IMG/VR virus record: IMGVR_UViG_2648501152_000001
Location: 21,132 to 85,131 of that record
From: a virus
Lineage: Duplodnaviria > Caudoviricetes
Length of the DNA: 64,000 nucleotides
Reading direction: 5' to 3' (one strand)
A program made the position numbers and the translations under genes. The notes beneath the pieces were generated by a model. It had not been told where the DNA came from. It did not search any database and worked only from the letters and a program-made list of their open reading frames with translations. Every line of letters begins with the position of its first letter. Position 1 is the first letter of the stretch. Shown one piece after another: positions 10,007 to 20,023 of the stretch.

Positions 10007-10738
10007 ATGAAACTCCACGTGCGTGGTAGTGGCAGCCCGATCTTGTTGTGTCACGGTATTGGTGCGGCGCAAGCATCGTGGGGCGAGTTCGCAGAGACCC
10101 TGTCGGAGTCGCATACGGTGATCACGTTTGATGCGCCCGGGTGTGGGGATGCGCCGGCACGTTGGGTTCCCTACACCATGCGATCCTTGGCTGCGGATGT
10201 GGCCTGTAAAGTACGGCAACGGTTCGGCAGGGTGCATGTCGCGGGCTTAAGTTGGGGTGGGGTGTTGGCGCAGCAGCTCGCCGCCGACCATCCCAGCCTC
10301 GTGGATCGACTGGTGTTGGTGTCTACGTCGGCGGGTGTGGGTGGGGTGATGCCCGCACCGCACGTCACCATGCTCGCATCGACGCCACTGCGGTATGTGT
10401 GGCCGCGGTTTGGGGAGTGGGCGGCACCGATCTTGTATGGCGCGGGCGGCGGCAAAGTCCAAAGCGCAGCGCCGTCGATGGTGGGGTATGCGCATCAGTT
10501 GGCTGCGGTCGCCACCTGGCAGGGGTGCGGTGAGATCCAGGCGTCGACGTTGTTGGTGTGCGGGGAAGACGACCGACTCACCCCCGTAGGTAACGCGCAC
10601 ATCCTGGGGGAACGCATCCCGGACTCGACGGTGGTGACGATCCCGGATGCGGGTCATTTGTGGCTGCTCAACGAACCAAGGGCTGCTGCTAAACTGGTTA
10701 CCATGCACACAACAGGCAACCAGGAGAACGCCGCATGA
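10007..10738 (+). CDS. alpha/beta hydrolase, PHA depolymerase (PhaZ)-like
   Basis: HGIGA, FDAPG, GLSWGG nucleophile elbow, D...AGH triad; TPLRY..APILYG segment resembles intracellular PhaZ. Confidence 0.85.
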   Translation: MKLHVRGSGSPILLCHGIGAAQASWGEFAETLSESHTVITFDAPGCGDAPARWVPYTMRSLAADVACKVRQRFGRVHVAGLSWGGVLAQQLAADHPSLVDRLVLVSTSAGVGGVMPAPHVTMLASTPLRYVWPRFGEWAAPILYGAGGGKVQSAAPSMVGYAHQLAAVATWQGCGEIQASTLLVCGEDDRLTPVGNAHILGERIPDSTVVTIPDAGHLWLLNEPRAAAKLVTMHTTGNQENAA

Positions 10739-11166
10739 GCTGGTTCCAGCGCACTGCGCGACCCACTGCGGTCGCGGAACAGGCACACGCAGACGTTCCT
10801 CCCGCACCCAAGCCTGCGCATCCCACCGACGCGGAGATTGCAGCCGCCATCGACGAGGCCAATGCTGCATACGTCGAAACCGTCCCCGATTTCGGTGCCA
10901 CCACGGAATGCCGAGTATGTGGCGAACAGTCTCGGTTGACGCGCACATACGGGACACGCAAGACAGTCCTGGAGTCATTGCCGCCCGTCAAGTACGCGGT
11001 GTACGGCACCTACGAGAGCGGGGATCGCGAGGCCCCTCGCTATGTGATGCACGAGTATCTGACTGTGCGGTGCGGATCATGCGGTGTGGACCTGCCAGAT
11101 GAGAAGCCGAAGAACTACGAACTGCCGAGCGTATCCGCTTACACGACAGGATGGGACGACTGGTGA
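10735..11166 (+). CDS. zinc-ribbon hypothetical protein
   Basis: CRVC...CGSC; AGGAG RBS. Confidence 0.6.
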   Translation: MSWFQRTARPTAVAEQAHADVPPAPKPAHPTDAEIAAAIDEANAAYVETVPDFGATTECRVCGEQSRLTRTYGTRKTVLESLPPVKYAVYGTYESGDREAPRYVMHEYLTVRCGSCGVDLPDEKPKNYELPSVSAYTTGWDDW

Positions 11167-11566
11167 CCGCTTTGACTGCGACGGAGGTTGTGTTGGGTGC
11201 ACTCACCACCACCACCACGTCCTACGCCGACACCGCACACGACATCGTGGCCGCACTCGAAGCCGCCGGCTACATCCGAACCCTGGAGCACTAATGAAGC
11301 TTGGCGACCTCACATTGAAGGAACGCGACACTGTTCTCATCGCCGCATGCTTGGGCGCCGCAACGGCCGCCACGGTCACGTGGATTCTGGATGAGCTACG
11401 CATTCCTGTACCTGTCGAGTCGATTGTCGAGATTGCGGTGGGTGCCGTGGCGCAGACGCTCGACGATCTGGAGACGCGATGATTGACGCTTGCTTCTGGG
11501 CCGACATCATGTTCAGTTCCTCGACGCTTTCAACAACACTGAACAACACCAACAACTGAATACGGA

Positions 11567-12211
11567 GTGATTGTGGAGACTGCGGAACGCCTACCCTTCG
11601 TCATCGACAAATTCCGGGACGCCGTGCACGCCCTGGTCGGCACACGCTCCGGTGTGATCGACACCGACACCGGGCAGCGCCGCGTGGTAGGTGACAGTCT
11701 CTACCAAACCATGCGCGACTCAGTCGCAGGACTCGTGCGGGACACCACCGGTTCGAAAGGTTGGCGATCCACCCCGCCCCTGTGGCTCGACGCCGAACAA
11801 TGGATCGACGATGTGGACCGCGAAGTCCGCACCTGGCACCACGACGGCACCGGCCCCGATCATGCCACCGTCAACCGCCTGCATGCCCTGGCGGAGCTGG
11901 GTTGGCGTCCGCAAGATGCCCAGTGGCTCAAGGATGCAACGCGATTCCTGTGGTCGTGGGTGGCGAAAGCCGACAACCTTCTCGACGGTGACACAAAACA
12001 CCGCTTCGACCTCGTGAGCCCCTGCCCCTCGTGTGGGGTGGCGACGGTTCGCCGGCGGGATTCTGCGGGGGAGTGGGTGCGTCAGGCGGCGTTGCAGGTG
12101 GATTCGAATGGGTGCACGTGCGCGAACTGTGAAACCACGTGGGGTCCGTCGCATTTCGCCCTGTTGGCGTCCGCTCTGGGTTGCGAACTTCCCGAAGGAG
12201 TCCTCGAATGA
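11567..12211 (+). CDS. conserved actinophage protein with C-terminal zinc ribbon
   Basis: PPLWLDA motif, CPSCG...CTCANC. Confidence 0.7.
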   Translation: MIVETAERLPFVIDKFRDAVHALVGTRSGVIDTDTGQRRVVGDSLYQTMRDSVAGLVRDTTGSKGWRSTPPLWLDAEQWIDDVDREVRTWHHDGTGPDHATVNRLHALAELGWRPQDAQWLKDATRFLWSWVAKADNLLDGDTKHRFDLVSPCPSCGVATVRRRDSAGEWVRQAALQVDSNGCTCANCETTWGPSHFALLASALGCELPEGVLE

Positions 12212-12663
12212 CGGACGTGTTCATCGTCCACGGCAACGACTACGACGACCAGGAAGTGCGCGGAGTCTATGCAACCTATCGCGATGCGCTCACCCACTTC
12301 AACGTGCCAGTGGCGTGCTCGTCGAGCCTCGTGTCGATCACCCAGTGGCGTCTCGGCGTCGGGGCAGTCGTGCGACCGACACTCCACGGGTTCCACGTGT
12401 ATGCGACGCGCGTGAACGTTACGACTCCGTGGAACTTCCGCGTACAGGTCGGAAGCGCGGAGTTCGATGCCGAGGATGATCCGATCGCACATCGGGTGAC
12501 GCCACGTTCGGTGCATGTGTGGGCGCTGGATAAGCAGGAGGCGGGCCGGTTGGCCTATGCGTTGATGAAGGCAGAGAACGACGCAGTCGAGGAGGCCGCA
12601 GCTGCGCGTAAGCGGGAAGCGGTGGCGCGTCGCGAGGCGGAGAACGCCCGCAAACGCCACTGA
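12208..12663 (+). CDS. hypothetical protein
   Basis: AAGGAG RBS, ATGA overlap. Confidence 0.6.
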   Translation: MTDVFIVHGNDYDDQEVRGVYATYRDALTHFNVPVACSSSLVSITQWRLGVGAVVRPTLHGFHVYATRVNVTTPWNFRVQVGSAEFDAEDDPIAHRVTPRSVHVWALDKQEAGRLAYALMKAENDAVEEAAAARKREAVARREAENARKRH

Positions 12664-12729
12664 CCTGCATGTTTGCATTGCCCTCGACGATCATGTCGGG
12701 GGCAATGTTGTGTCAACCAGCTTTCGGGG

Positions 12730-12758
12730 TTGTGTGTACCCACACCATCGCGTATGGT
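12730..12758 (+). promoter_or_regulatory. promoter with GTGTACCCACAC operator in the spacer
   Basis: TTGTGT-17-TATGGT; motif at 12734-12745. Confidence 0.55.
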
Positions 12759-12765
12759 GAACACC

Positions 12766-12978
12766 ATGAACACAACAAGCAACCACCACCCCCGCATCCA
12801 CCGCTGGTTCGCCGCCTTCGTCATCGCAGCCTGGGCCACCAGCATCGCCTACATCGCGGATGCCACCGGCTACTTCATGCCCGTCATCCTCGCCGGCGTT
12901 CTCGCCACCGCCCCGTTCATTCTGTTGGCGGTCGCGATCCTGTTCCTCGCCGCGCACACACTCCCCACGGAGGACTGA
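12766..12978 (+). CDS. small membrane protein
   Basis: Two hydrophobic helices. Confidence 0.55.
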   Translation: MNTTSNHHPRIHRWFAAFVIAAWATSIAYIADATGYFMPVILAGVLATAPFILLAVAILFLAAHTLPTED

Positions 12979-13630
12979 ACCATGTCGAAGCTGCTCACCA
13001 CCCTGCCGTTCATCGCCCTCGAAACGTTGGATCAGGCATATTGCCTGCTGTTCGGGCACAACACCTTCCACTTCCACGACGGGGATGGTGCCCCGTACCG
13101 GTACTGCAACAACTGCCACGGAACCTGGAACTAACATGAACCTGTATCGCGCGTTTCGTGGCCGTGTGTGGGTTTATCGCGGCTGGCGTTTCCACGGTGT
13201 GCGCCACAACCTGTTGCCGTGGATGAGTGGTGACGAGTACATGCGTCGCACGCTGGTGCTGCCGGTGGGGTTCGGAGCCGTGATCATCGCCTTGTGGCTG
13301 GACATCGACGAGTGGAACTTCGCGGATCGGACGTGGGCTCGCTGGTATCGGCTGCATCGCGCGGGAGTGAGGTTGAGCTACCGATGAGATTCCCGTGGTG
13401 GGTGCCGTTGCTGCTCACGCTTGGTCCGACGATTGCCCGCGAATGGTTCGACGACCTCAAACCCCAACGAAAGAAGCACCGATGACTCCCGACGCCCTCT
13501 ACCTTGCTGCTGTTTTCGCCATTCTCGCGGTCGCGTGCATTGCTGTGGTGGTGGTGGAAACCCGCCGGCACATCGCCGCGAAACGCCTCGAACGAGACCT
13601 GTACGACTACCTCAACCCTGTGGAGTACCG

Positions 13631-14233
13631 ATGACTACGACGACTGTTCCCGACATCCTCACCGGAACACAGCTCTTTATGGAAGCCGCTCAGCAATTGC
13701 CTGGGCTCGGTTGGGGTGATCCCGCCACCCGCAACCTTCGCCGCGAACTGTTGGCGGAGGAAATCAACGAATACCTCGACGCCGACGACAACGATGATCT
13801 CGTGGAGGTGGTGGATGGGCTGCTGGACATTACGGTGGTTGCTCACGGCTCACGGTTGGCTTACGGCAGGGATGACACCACGTTCCTGATCGGTATCGCG
13901 CAGCGCCGCCAGTGGCACGACAGGGATGCGCGCCGGCGGTTCCGGTTGGCGATCGAACAGTCCGCGGACGCCTATTTCGATGCGGAGGACCGGGGTCTGC
14001 TGGACGATGCGCTGATCCACCTGGCGAATCTGGTGCAGTATGCGGCGAACGCGCTGGATGGTTTGGTGGGGGAGGATGCGGCGCGAGCCTGTGCGGGCGA
14101 GGTGACACGCTCGAATCTGTCGAAGATCGTGGACGGTAAGGTGCTGCGCTCTGACACGGGGAAGATCCTCAAGCCTGCGGGTTTCACCAGGCCCGATATT
14201 GCTGGTGTGCTCACGGCGGCTGGTCTCGTCTAG
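13631..14233 (+). CDS. MazG-like/PRA-PH nucleotide pyrophosphohydrolase
   Basis: LLAEEINEY...EVVDGLLD and EVTRSNLSK...GKILKP motifs; ATG 13631. Confidence 0.8.
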   Translation: MTTTTVPDILTGTQLFMEAAQQLPGLGWGDPATRNLRRELLAEEINEYLDADDNDDLVEVVDGLLDITVVAHGSRLAYGRDDTTFLIGIAQRRQWHDRDARRRFRLAIEQSADAYFDAEDRGLLDDALIHLANLVQYAANALDGLVGEDAARACAGEVTRSNLSKIVDGKVLRSDTGKILKPAGFTRPDIAGVLTAAGLV

Positions 14234-14295
14234 ATACCGACAGGTCGCATCTGTAGGGGGGAACTGGTTACCGAATCCACACCTGATAGGTGATT

Positions 14296-15254
14296 GAGGT
14301 TTTCTCAGTGAGTTGATCTTGCTTGGGCGGTGTCAGGACCGGATCGCCAAGAGACGCAGAGCCCCTGGTAGGACTGGATTTGCGAAGATCAAGTCCACGA
14401 ACCAGAGGCTCCACGTGATCACCTATTCTGCCACGCTCGACGTCCCTCGACCGCTCGCCCAGTACCTGTGTCGACTGTTGCAGGCCGACCGCCGCGCACG
14501 CGGTACCCGCAGGGGCCGCCGGGCCCTGACTGCGTTCGCCCAGGCGGTACTCGTGCTGCGCTGGTTCCGGCAGGACACCGCGCTCACCGCCCTGGCTCGC
14601 GACGCCGGCATCTCGATCGCTACCGGCTACCGGTACCTGCACGAAGGCATCGACGTGCTCGCCGCCCAGGCCCCGGACCTGCCCGACGTGCTGCGCGAGC
14701 GCCTCGCCGCCGGCGAGACCCACGTGATCCTCGACGGCACCCTCATCCCCAGCGACCGGGTCGCCGAGACCACCCTCGGCAGCAGAGGCACCCCGATCCA
14801 CCTGTGGTATTCCGGCAAACACCGCCGATTCGGCGCGAACATCCAGTTCGTGGCGACCGCGGACGGATTCCCGCTGTGGGTCTCCGACGCGCTGCCGGGC
14901 AGCACCCACGATCTGACCGCTGCCCGCACACACCGGGTCACCGGAGCCCTGTACGCCGCCGCGGCGCAGGGTCTGCTCACCCTCGCCGACCAGGGCTATC
15001 AGGGCACCGGCATCGGTATCCACATGCCCACGAAAGCCCCTGCCGACGGCAACACCCTCGACACCGACACCGTCTGCCGCAACATGCTGCTGACCAGTCT
15101 GCGGTGCCTCGGCGAACGTGCCGCTGCGCTGCTCACCACGCGATGGAAGGCACTCGACAGGATCACCCTGTGCCCCAAAAGGATCGGTTCCATCACCAAA
15201 GCGGCGCTCGTACTCACGCAATTCGAGCACGCAGGCCGTTACTGAGAAAACCTC
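14296..15254 (+). mobile_element. IS5-family-like insertion sequence (959 bp)
   Basis: 14-bp perfect terminal inverted repeats GAGGTTTTCTCAGT (14296-14309) / ACTGAGAAAACCTC (15241-15254), flanked by ATT direct repeats. Confidence 0.9.
14415..15245 (+). CDS. DDE transposase (DDE_Tnp_4-like with HTH)
   Basis: ILDGTLI, YSGKH, PGSTHD, LADQGYQG, GERAAALL motifs. Confidence 0.9.
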   Translation: MITYSATLDVPRPLAQYLCRLLQADRRARGTRRGRRALTAFAQAVLVLRWFRQDTALTALARDAGISIATGYRYLHEGIDVLAAQAPDLPDVLRERLAAGETHVILDGTLIPSDRVAETTLGSRGTPIHLWYSGKHRRFGANIQFVATADGFPLWVSDALPGSTHDLTAARTHRVTGALYAAAAQGLLTLADQGYQGTGIGIHMPTKAPADGNTLDTDTVCRNMLLTSLRCLGERAAALLTTRWKALDRITLCPKRIGSITKAALVLTQFEHAGRY

Positions 15255-15260
15255 ATTGGT

Positions 15261-15533
15261 ATGCCTTTTCATCTTTCCGACGACGCTGTAGCCCTCATCC
15301 TTCGCTTTCTGCCCCGCAATCAGCACACCCAACGCTTGCTCGCAGCGTTGAACGCCTATCTGCATGGCTACGAGTACGAAGTGCGGCATTTCCCCGACGA
15401 ACACACCATGATTGTCGCCGTCTACCGCCGCGGACAGGTCATCACCTCCACCATCGTGCCTGATGATGCGCATGTACCGGAGGTGTTGGTGCAGCTCGGC
15501 TATCCGCGGGCACGGGATCGTAAGAAACGTTGA
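15261..15533 (+). CDS. hypothetical protein (RBS displaced by the IS)
   Basis: ATG 7 nt downstream of the IS right end. Confidence 0.55.
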   Translation: MPFHLSDDAVALILRFLPRNQHTQRLLAALNAYLHGYEYEVRHFPDEHTMIVAVYRRGQVITSTIVPDDAHVPEVLVQLGYPRARDRKKR

Positions 15534-16194
15534 CCACACCCGCATTGCGGGTACACTCAAACCCACACACGAAAGGAACGGCGCATGAATCCACCTGACG
15601 GCAAATGGTGCGTTGCCGCAATCGGCGACGACCTGCGCCCCTGGACCGCCTTCAAATGGGGCGACCCCACCGACCGCAGCGTGCAGGACTTCCGCACGTG
15701 GCGACAGGCCATGAACTACGCGAACCGTAAGGCCGCGTTCGAAAGCGCCATCAACAAGCTCATGTACGGCGTGTGCGGGACTCGCTGCAATCAATCGCAC
15801 TGGGAGTTGCTCGCATGACCGCATCGAAGTGGCGTGTCCGTTCCTACCCCGGTTTCCGATTCCGCTGGCTCGCCTCGCACCCGCGTGAAGGCACGAAAGC
15901 GTTCCGTACTTGGGGTGAAGCCATGCTGTTTGCCATGACTGAAGCCGACAAAGCCCGCGATTTGGACAGGTTGCGCCGGCTCCACTTCCGCACGGTGATC
16001 CACAATGGGTGACCTCGTTCCGCTGTATCCGGACGGCCAACCCTACGACGGCCTAGTGTGCGCCAACTGCGGCAGCGCATGGTGGAACGCCCAAGTCGTC
16101 ATGGACCGATCGGGACGCATCAACGGCTGGGGTCGGGTCGCGGACTGCGCCGAATGCCCGGAGGGCAAAGCAACCATCACAGGAGACGTACACA

Positions 16195-16812
16195 ATGACC
16201 GGTAACACCTGGATGACCTCCGACCTCCACCTCGGGCACCGATTCGTCGCCGAACTCCGCGGATTCGCCACCGTGGACGAACACGACGCCGAAATCATCG
16301 GCAACCTCCACGCCTGCACCCGATCCGGCGACCAACTCTGGATACTCGGAGACATCTCCTCCGGCTCATCCACCGGGGAACGCCACGCACTGAAACTACT
16401 CGACGAGTACGCGGCAGCCCGCGGTGTCGCCATGCACCTGATCACAGGAAACCACGACAGCGTTAACCCGTACCATCGGGACTCGCACAAGCACTTCCGC
16501 GCGTTCACGGATGTGTTCACCACGGTCCAGCCGTTCGCCCGACGCAAGGTTGCCGGCACCTATGTGTGGTTGTCGCACTTTCCGTGGTTCGGCGGCGGGG
16601 ATCGTGGGGATGTGGAGCGGCACAGTGAAGCACGTTTGCACGATAACGGCCGCGATTTCCTGGTCCACGGGCATCTGCACGGGGCATATGGGCGTTGGAC
16701 TGGTGAACGGTCGATTGATGTTGGACTGGAGAATACGGGGTTGCGCCCTCTCAATTGGTCGCATCTAGTCGAGATGATCAGCAAGAGAGCCGAGGAGTTG
16801 AGTAATGGATGA
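16195..16812 (+). CDS. calcineurin-like metallophosphoesterase
   Basis: SDLHLGH, LGD, GNHD, HFP, HGHLH motifs. Confidence 0.9.
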   Translation: MTGNTWMTSDLHLGHRFVAELRGFATVDEHDAEIIGNLHACTRSGDQLWILGDISSGSSTGERHALKLLDEYAAARGVAMHLITGNHDSVNPYHRDSHKHFRAFTDVFTTVQPFARRKVAGTYVWLSHFPWFGGGDRGDVERHSEARLHDNGRDFLVHGHLHGAYGRWTGERSIDVGLENTGLRPLNWSHLVEMISKRAEELSNG

Positions 16813-17188
16813 CACTTCCGAAGTGAAGCTGAGTTCTTCCATAGCTAGGGTGCACGAGCTTAGCCGGGCGATCACGCGACTTGAGCAAGAGCTGAGCGCC
16901 AAGGAACGAACCGTCAGCGAGCAGAAGTCGGCGAGCATTCTGGATGAGGCTGCGTCGATTGTTGCCGGCTCACGCGCCACCGAATACGGGGAAGGCGCAG
17001 AAAACAGCCTGCCCCGGATCGCCGCCTACTGGTCCACGTATCTCGGCAGGGAGTTGTCTGCGCGGGATGCTGCGAACATGATGGTGCTACTCAAGATGGC
17101 CCGCGAATCACACAAGCCCAAGAGGGACAACCACACGGACGCTATCGGCTACATGCTGCTGGCGGAACAGTGCGAGGACAAGCTATGA
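16805..17188 (+). CDS. DUF6378-like protein
   Basis: R..EYG...IAAYWS.YL...MMVLLKMAR...DNHTDAIGY. Confidence 0.75.
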   Translation: MDDTSEVKLSSSIARVHELSRAITRLEQELSAKERTVSEQKSASILDEAASIVAGSRATEYGEGAENSLPRIAAYWSTYLGRELSARDAANMMVLLKMARESHKPKRDNHTDAIGYMLLAEQCEDKL

Positions 17189-17360
17189 CCTCGGCTCGGC
17201 TGTCTCGCAGCATCATGCTCGCCAGCGCCACCACCACCCTCACCCTCGCCGATCTACGAGGCATCGTGGAGGAAACCTACGATTGGCCGATCGGCCCACA
17301 CTTCACGGTGGAGCAGTTCGCGGACGGCTCGACCACCATCACCATCACCCAAGGAGACAA

Positions 17361-18080
17361 GTGACCACCATTTCCGCCCGACTAATCGCATCTACGAAGA
17401 TCGACCGGGCCGCGCTCGCTGAGATCGGCTACCGCGAACACGCGCACGAGCTTCCCGATGGGCGGTTCGATCTGTTCGAAACCGACATCGACGAACTGCA
17501 CGAGGCTGCCGGCAGAAACTGCTATTTGTCGTGGAGCCGCCCTAACCCGAACACTGCCACCAACGCGGGCTATCTGGACCATATTCACGAGGTTGGGCAC
17601 GAGAGCATCGAGGAGCATGGTTCCGCGACGTTTTACATCCATGCTTCCCGTTCGGTTCTGGCGGAGTTGGAGCGGCATCGTCACCTGTCGTTCTCGGTCG
17701 TCTCCCAGCGGTACGTGGACGCTTCGAATCTTGGATATCATGTTCCGCCGGCGCTGAGCATCGGTGATGGTGGTGCGATCCTCGAGAGGGCTTGGGAGCA
17801 GTCCAAGGAAGCGTACCGACTGCTGGTTGACGAACTAACTGATGAGGGTTGGCCTCGTAAGCAGGCGCGTGAGGCTGCTCGCGCGGTGATGCCGAACATG
17901 ACCGACAGTCCGATGGTGGTGACGGGGAATCTGCGGGCGTGGAAGCATGTGATTCGGATGCGGTGGCATGTGGCGGCGGATGCGGAGATCCGTGAGCTTG
18001 CCGGGCTGATTCTCGCCGAGTTGCGGAAGATCGCGCCGAACACGATGCAGGATGTTCCTGACGTGCCGTTCGGGAGCTAG
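17361..18080 (+). CDS. thyX: FAD-dependent thymidylate synthase
   Basis: GHESIEEH, RHRHLSFSVVSQRYV, AREAARAVMPN, AEIR; GTG 17361 after AAGGAG. Confidence 0.95.
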   Translation: MTTISARLIASTKIDRAALAEIGYREHAHELPDGRFDLFETDIDELHEAAGRNCYLSWSRPNPNTATNAGYLDHIHEVGHESIEEHGSATFYIHASRSVLAELERHRHLSFSVVSQRYVDASNLGYHVPPALSIGDGGAILERAWEQSKEAYRLLVDELTDEGWPRKQAREAARAVMPNMTDSPMVVTGNLRAWKHVIRMRWHVAADAEIRELAGLILAELRKIAPNTMQDVPDVPFGS

Positions 18081-18352
18081 TCTTGTGGGCGAGGGCGGTG
18101 TGGCGGCCGGGTGACATCGCCCTCGAACCCTGCACGAGTCTGGCGGATGTGGTGTGGCGGTGCGGGCAGGCGGGCGGTGTGCCGTACGTGCGGTGTGAGG
18201 CACTACAGGCGTGGGTGAAGTTGGCGCCTGTCGCTACCGAGCTGGTGGTGGATCTCGACATCTACGACAACTATCCGGTGCGGATACCGGATGCGCGCCG
18301 GCGTTGGGAGTAGCCACTGAACAGCGGGAATTGCCCGAACCCACATCAACAG

Positions 18353-18392
18353 TTGCGGTATGGACGCATCCACTGTTACGGTGTACCCACAC
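18353..18392 (+). promoter_or_regulatory. promoter plus operator
   Basis: TTGCGG-18-TACGGT overlapping GTGTACCCACAC. Confidence 0.7.
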
Positions 18393-18412
18393 AACAACAG
18401 AGAGGGTTCGAA

Positions 18413-18565
18413 ATGATCGAGTACGCCACCACCGTCAGCCAGCGCCAACTCCTCGCCGAGATGAAGGCCCAGCACGACAAGCCCGCGAACCGGGTTGTGC
18501 GCGACGGCAAGACGATCTGCCGGGCATGCGGCTACGACTGGGACCGCTACACCCACGGCTGCTGA
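18413..18565 (+). CDS. small Cys/His protein in promoter cassette
   Basis: MIEYATT...CRACG...HGC; followed by a hairpin. Confidence 0.6.
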   Translation: MIEYATTVSQRQLLAEMKAQHDKPANRVVRDGKTICRACGYDWDRYTHGC

Positions 18566-18870
18566 ACACCGAGCGATGGCCTCCAACCTCCTGGTTGGGG
18601 GCCATCGTCGTTTCCATGATCGACGAGGAGTTGACACGTGATCACCTACAGTGTCACCGAATGTGTGTGCGGCGAACGCTTCCACATGCGCATCAAGCAG
18701 GTGCCGTCGCCCGCGAACCCGGCGTTGGATACGCATATCGCGTTGGATTTCGCGGAGCATCGGGCGTGGACGCTGGCGCATCGCGCGCATGCGGGGCCGC
18801 AGGGGATCAGGTGGGTTGATGTGCGGACCTGTCCGTCGTGACCATAGGTGGTTACTGTCCACGTGGGTGG

Positions 18871-18910
18871 TTGACATCTCGGGTTGGCGCCAGCTACGGT
18901 GTACCTACAC
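18871..18910 (+). promoter_or_regulatory. promoter plus operator
   Basis: TTGACA-18-TACGGT overlapping GTGTACCTACAC. Confidence 0.8.
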
Positions 18911-18930
18911 AACGAGTTAAGGAGAACCCA

Positions 18931-19176
18931 ATGACCACCTTCACCGCCACCCTCGCTCTCATCGCCTCCGTCGCCGCCCCCGCCAAGGGTGCCGCGCACA
19001 CCGCCTACGTCGCGTTCGATCCCGCCGACGACTTCGCCCCTGCTTCGTGGACGTTCGCCTGCACTTGCGGCAAGGGCGGCGGTATCCGCGGCTCGGAGCG
19101 GGATGCTCGCCTGGCGGCTGCGGCGCACGGCTGCATGGGGCGCAAGTTCGTGGAGCGGGCGCAGCTCGCCAACTAG
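18931..19176 (+). CDS. small CxC/H protein in promoter cassette
   Basis: AAGGAG RBS; FACTCG...AAAH. Confidence 0.65.
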   Translation: MTTFTATLALIASVAAPAKGAAHTAYVAFDPADDFAPASWTFACTCGKGGGIRGSERDARLAAAAHGCMGRKFVERAQLAN

Positions 19177-19182
19177 CCCACA

Positions 19183-19220
19183 GCAACGATGCCCCGGACT
19201 TCGGTTCGGGGCATCGTTGC
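19183..19220 (+). terminator. intrinsic terminator-like hairpin
   Basis: GCAACGATGCCCCG...CGGGGCATCGTTGC with TTCG loop. Confidence 0.65.
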
Positions 19221-19351
19221 GTTGCGGGGTTGGGTGTTGCGGGTGCCCGTATGGCCCGTGGGCGGCTCGCCGGTGCGGCGGCGGGGGATTGGGTGGGCGG
19301 CGCGTTCTCGGGCGTGTGTGGGCCTGTTGGTGGCCGCTCCGGCGTCGGGTG

Positions 19352-19390
19352 TTGACCGTGCCTGTATCGGGTGTTACTGTGTACCTACAC
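19352..19390 (+). promoter_or_regulatory. promoter plus operator
   Basis: TTGACC-17-TACTGT overlapping GTGTACCTACAC. Confidence 0.8.
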
Positions 19391-19410
19391 AACGAACCGA
19401 GGAGCCGAAG

Positions 19411-19566
19411 ATGAACCAGCTTGCCAGCCTCCGCATCGACCTGAAGATAGTCGACAGCGAGATCGCGAACCCTCCCGCCTACGTCCGCGACATCAACGAC
19501 CTGCACCGCGTGCGTAACTCGCTGCTGCGCCGTATCGCCCGCGAAGAAGCCAAGCTCGCCGCCTGA
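19411..19566 (+). CDS. small hypothetical protein in promoter cassette
   Basis: GAGGAG RBS; MNQLASLRIDLK... Confidence 0.6.
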   Translation: MNQLASLRIDLKIVDSEIANPPAYVRDINDLHRVRNSLLRRIAREEAKLAA

Positions 19567-19675
19567 AAGGTTCCGTCATGACCCCGATCTACGACCTTCT
19601 CCTCGAACTCCTCGACATGCGCGGCCTCCTACACCCCGACAACCTCTAACCCGCGACGATCGGAAAGGCGACACC

Positions 19676-20023
19676 ATGAACACCTTCCAGCCCGTCCCTG
19701 ACAACGCCCAGTTCTGCTGCGACTCCACCCGCGACCTCGCCAGCATCTACGACCAGCGGGAAGCCCTCATGATCGACTGCGGCTGCCTGAACGGAGCTGG
19801 CACACACCGTCTCGACCGTGACGCGAACCCGCAAGGAATTTCGGTGCTCGCCATCGCCCGCGATTTGTCGATGGATCACGTCGACCGCGACTACACCGAA
19901 CTCCGCGTCCACCTGATCGCGCTACGGCAGAACGACGGGCAGGATACGACGTTCGAGTGGGCGCAGGAGTTGAACCTGCGGGAGTGGATCAACACGCAGC
20001 GCACCATGTTTGCGGCTGCGTAA
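19676..20023 (+). CDS. hypothetical protein
   Basis: RBS and GC3 bias. Confidence 0.6.
   Translation: MNTFQPVPDNAQFCCDSTRDLASIYDQREALMIDCGCLNGAGTHRLDRDANPQGISVLAIARDLSMDHVDRDYTELRVHLIALRQNDGQDTTFEWAQELNLREWINTQRTMFAAA

Noticed and set aside
14268-16040. 590-aa minus-strand ORF and other long antisense ORFs (e.g. 5409-6620, 47467-48627, 56670-58001)
   Set aside because: Shadow frames of real plus-strand genes in high-GC DNA; no motifs or RBS
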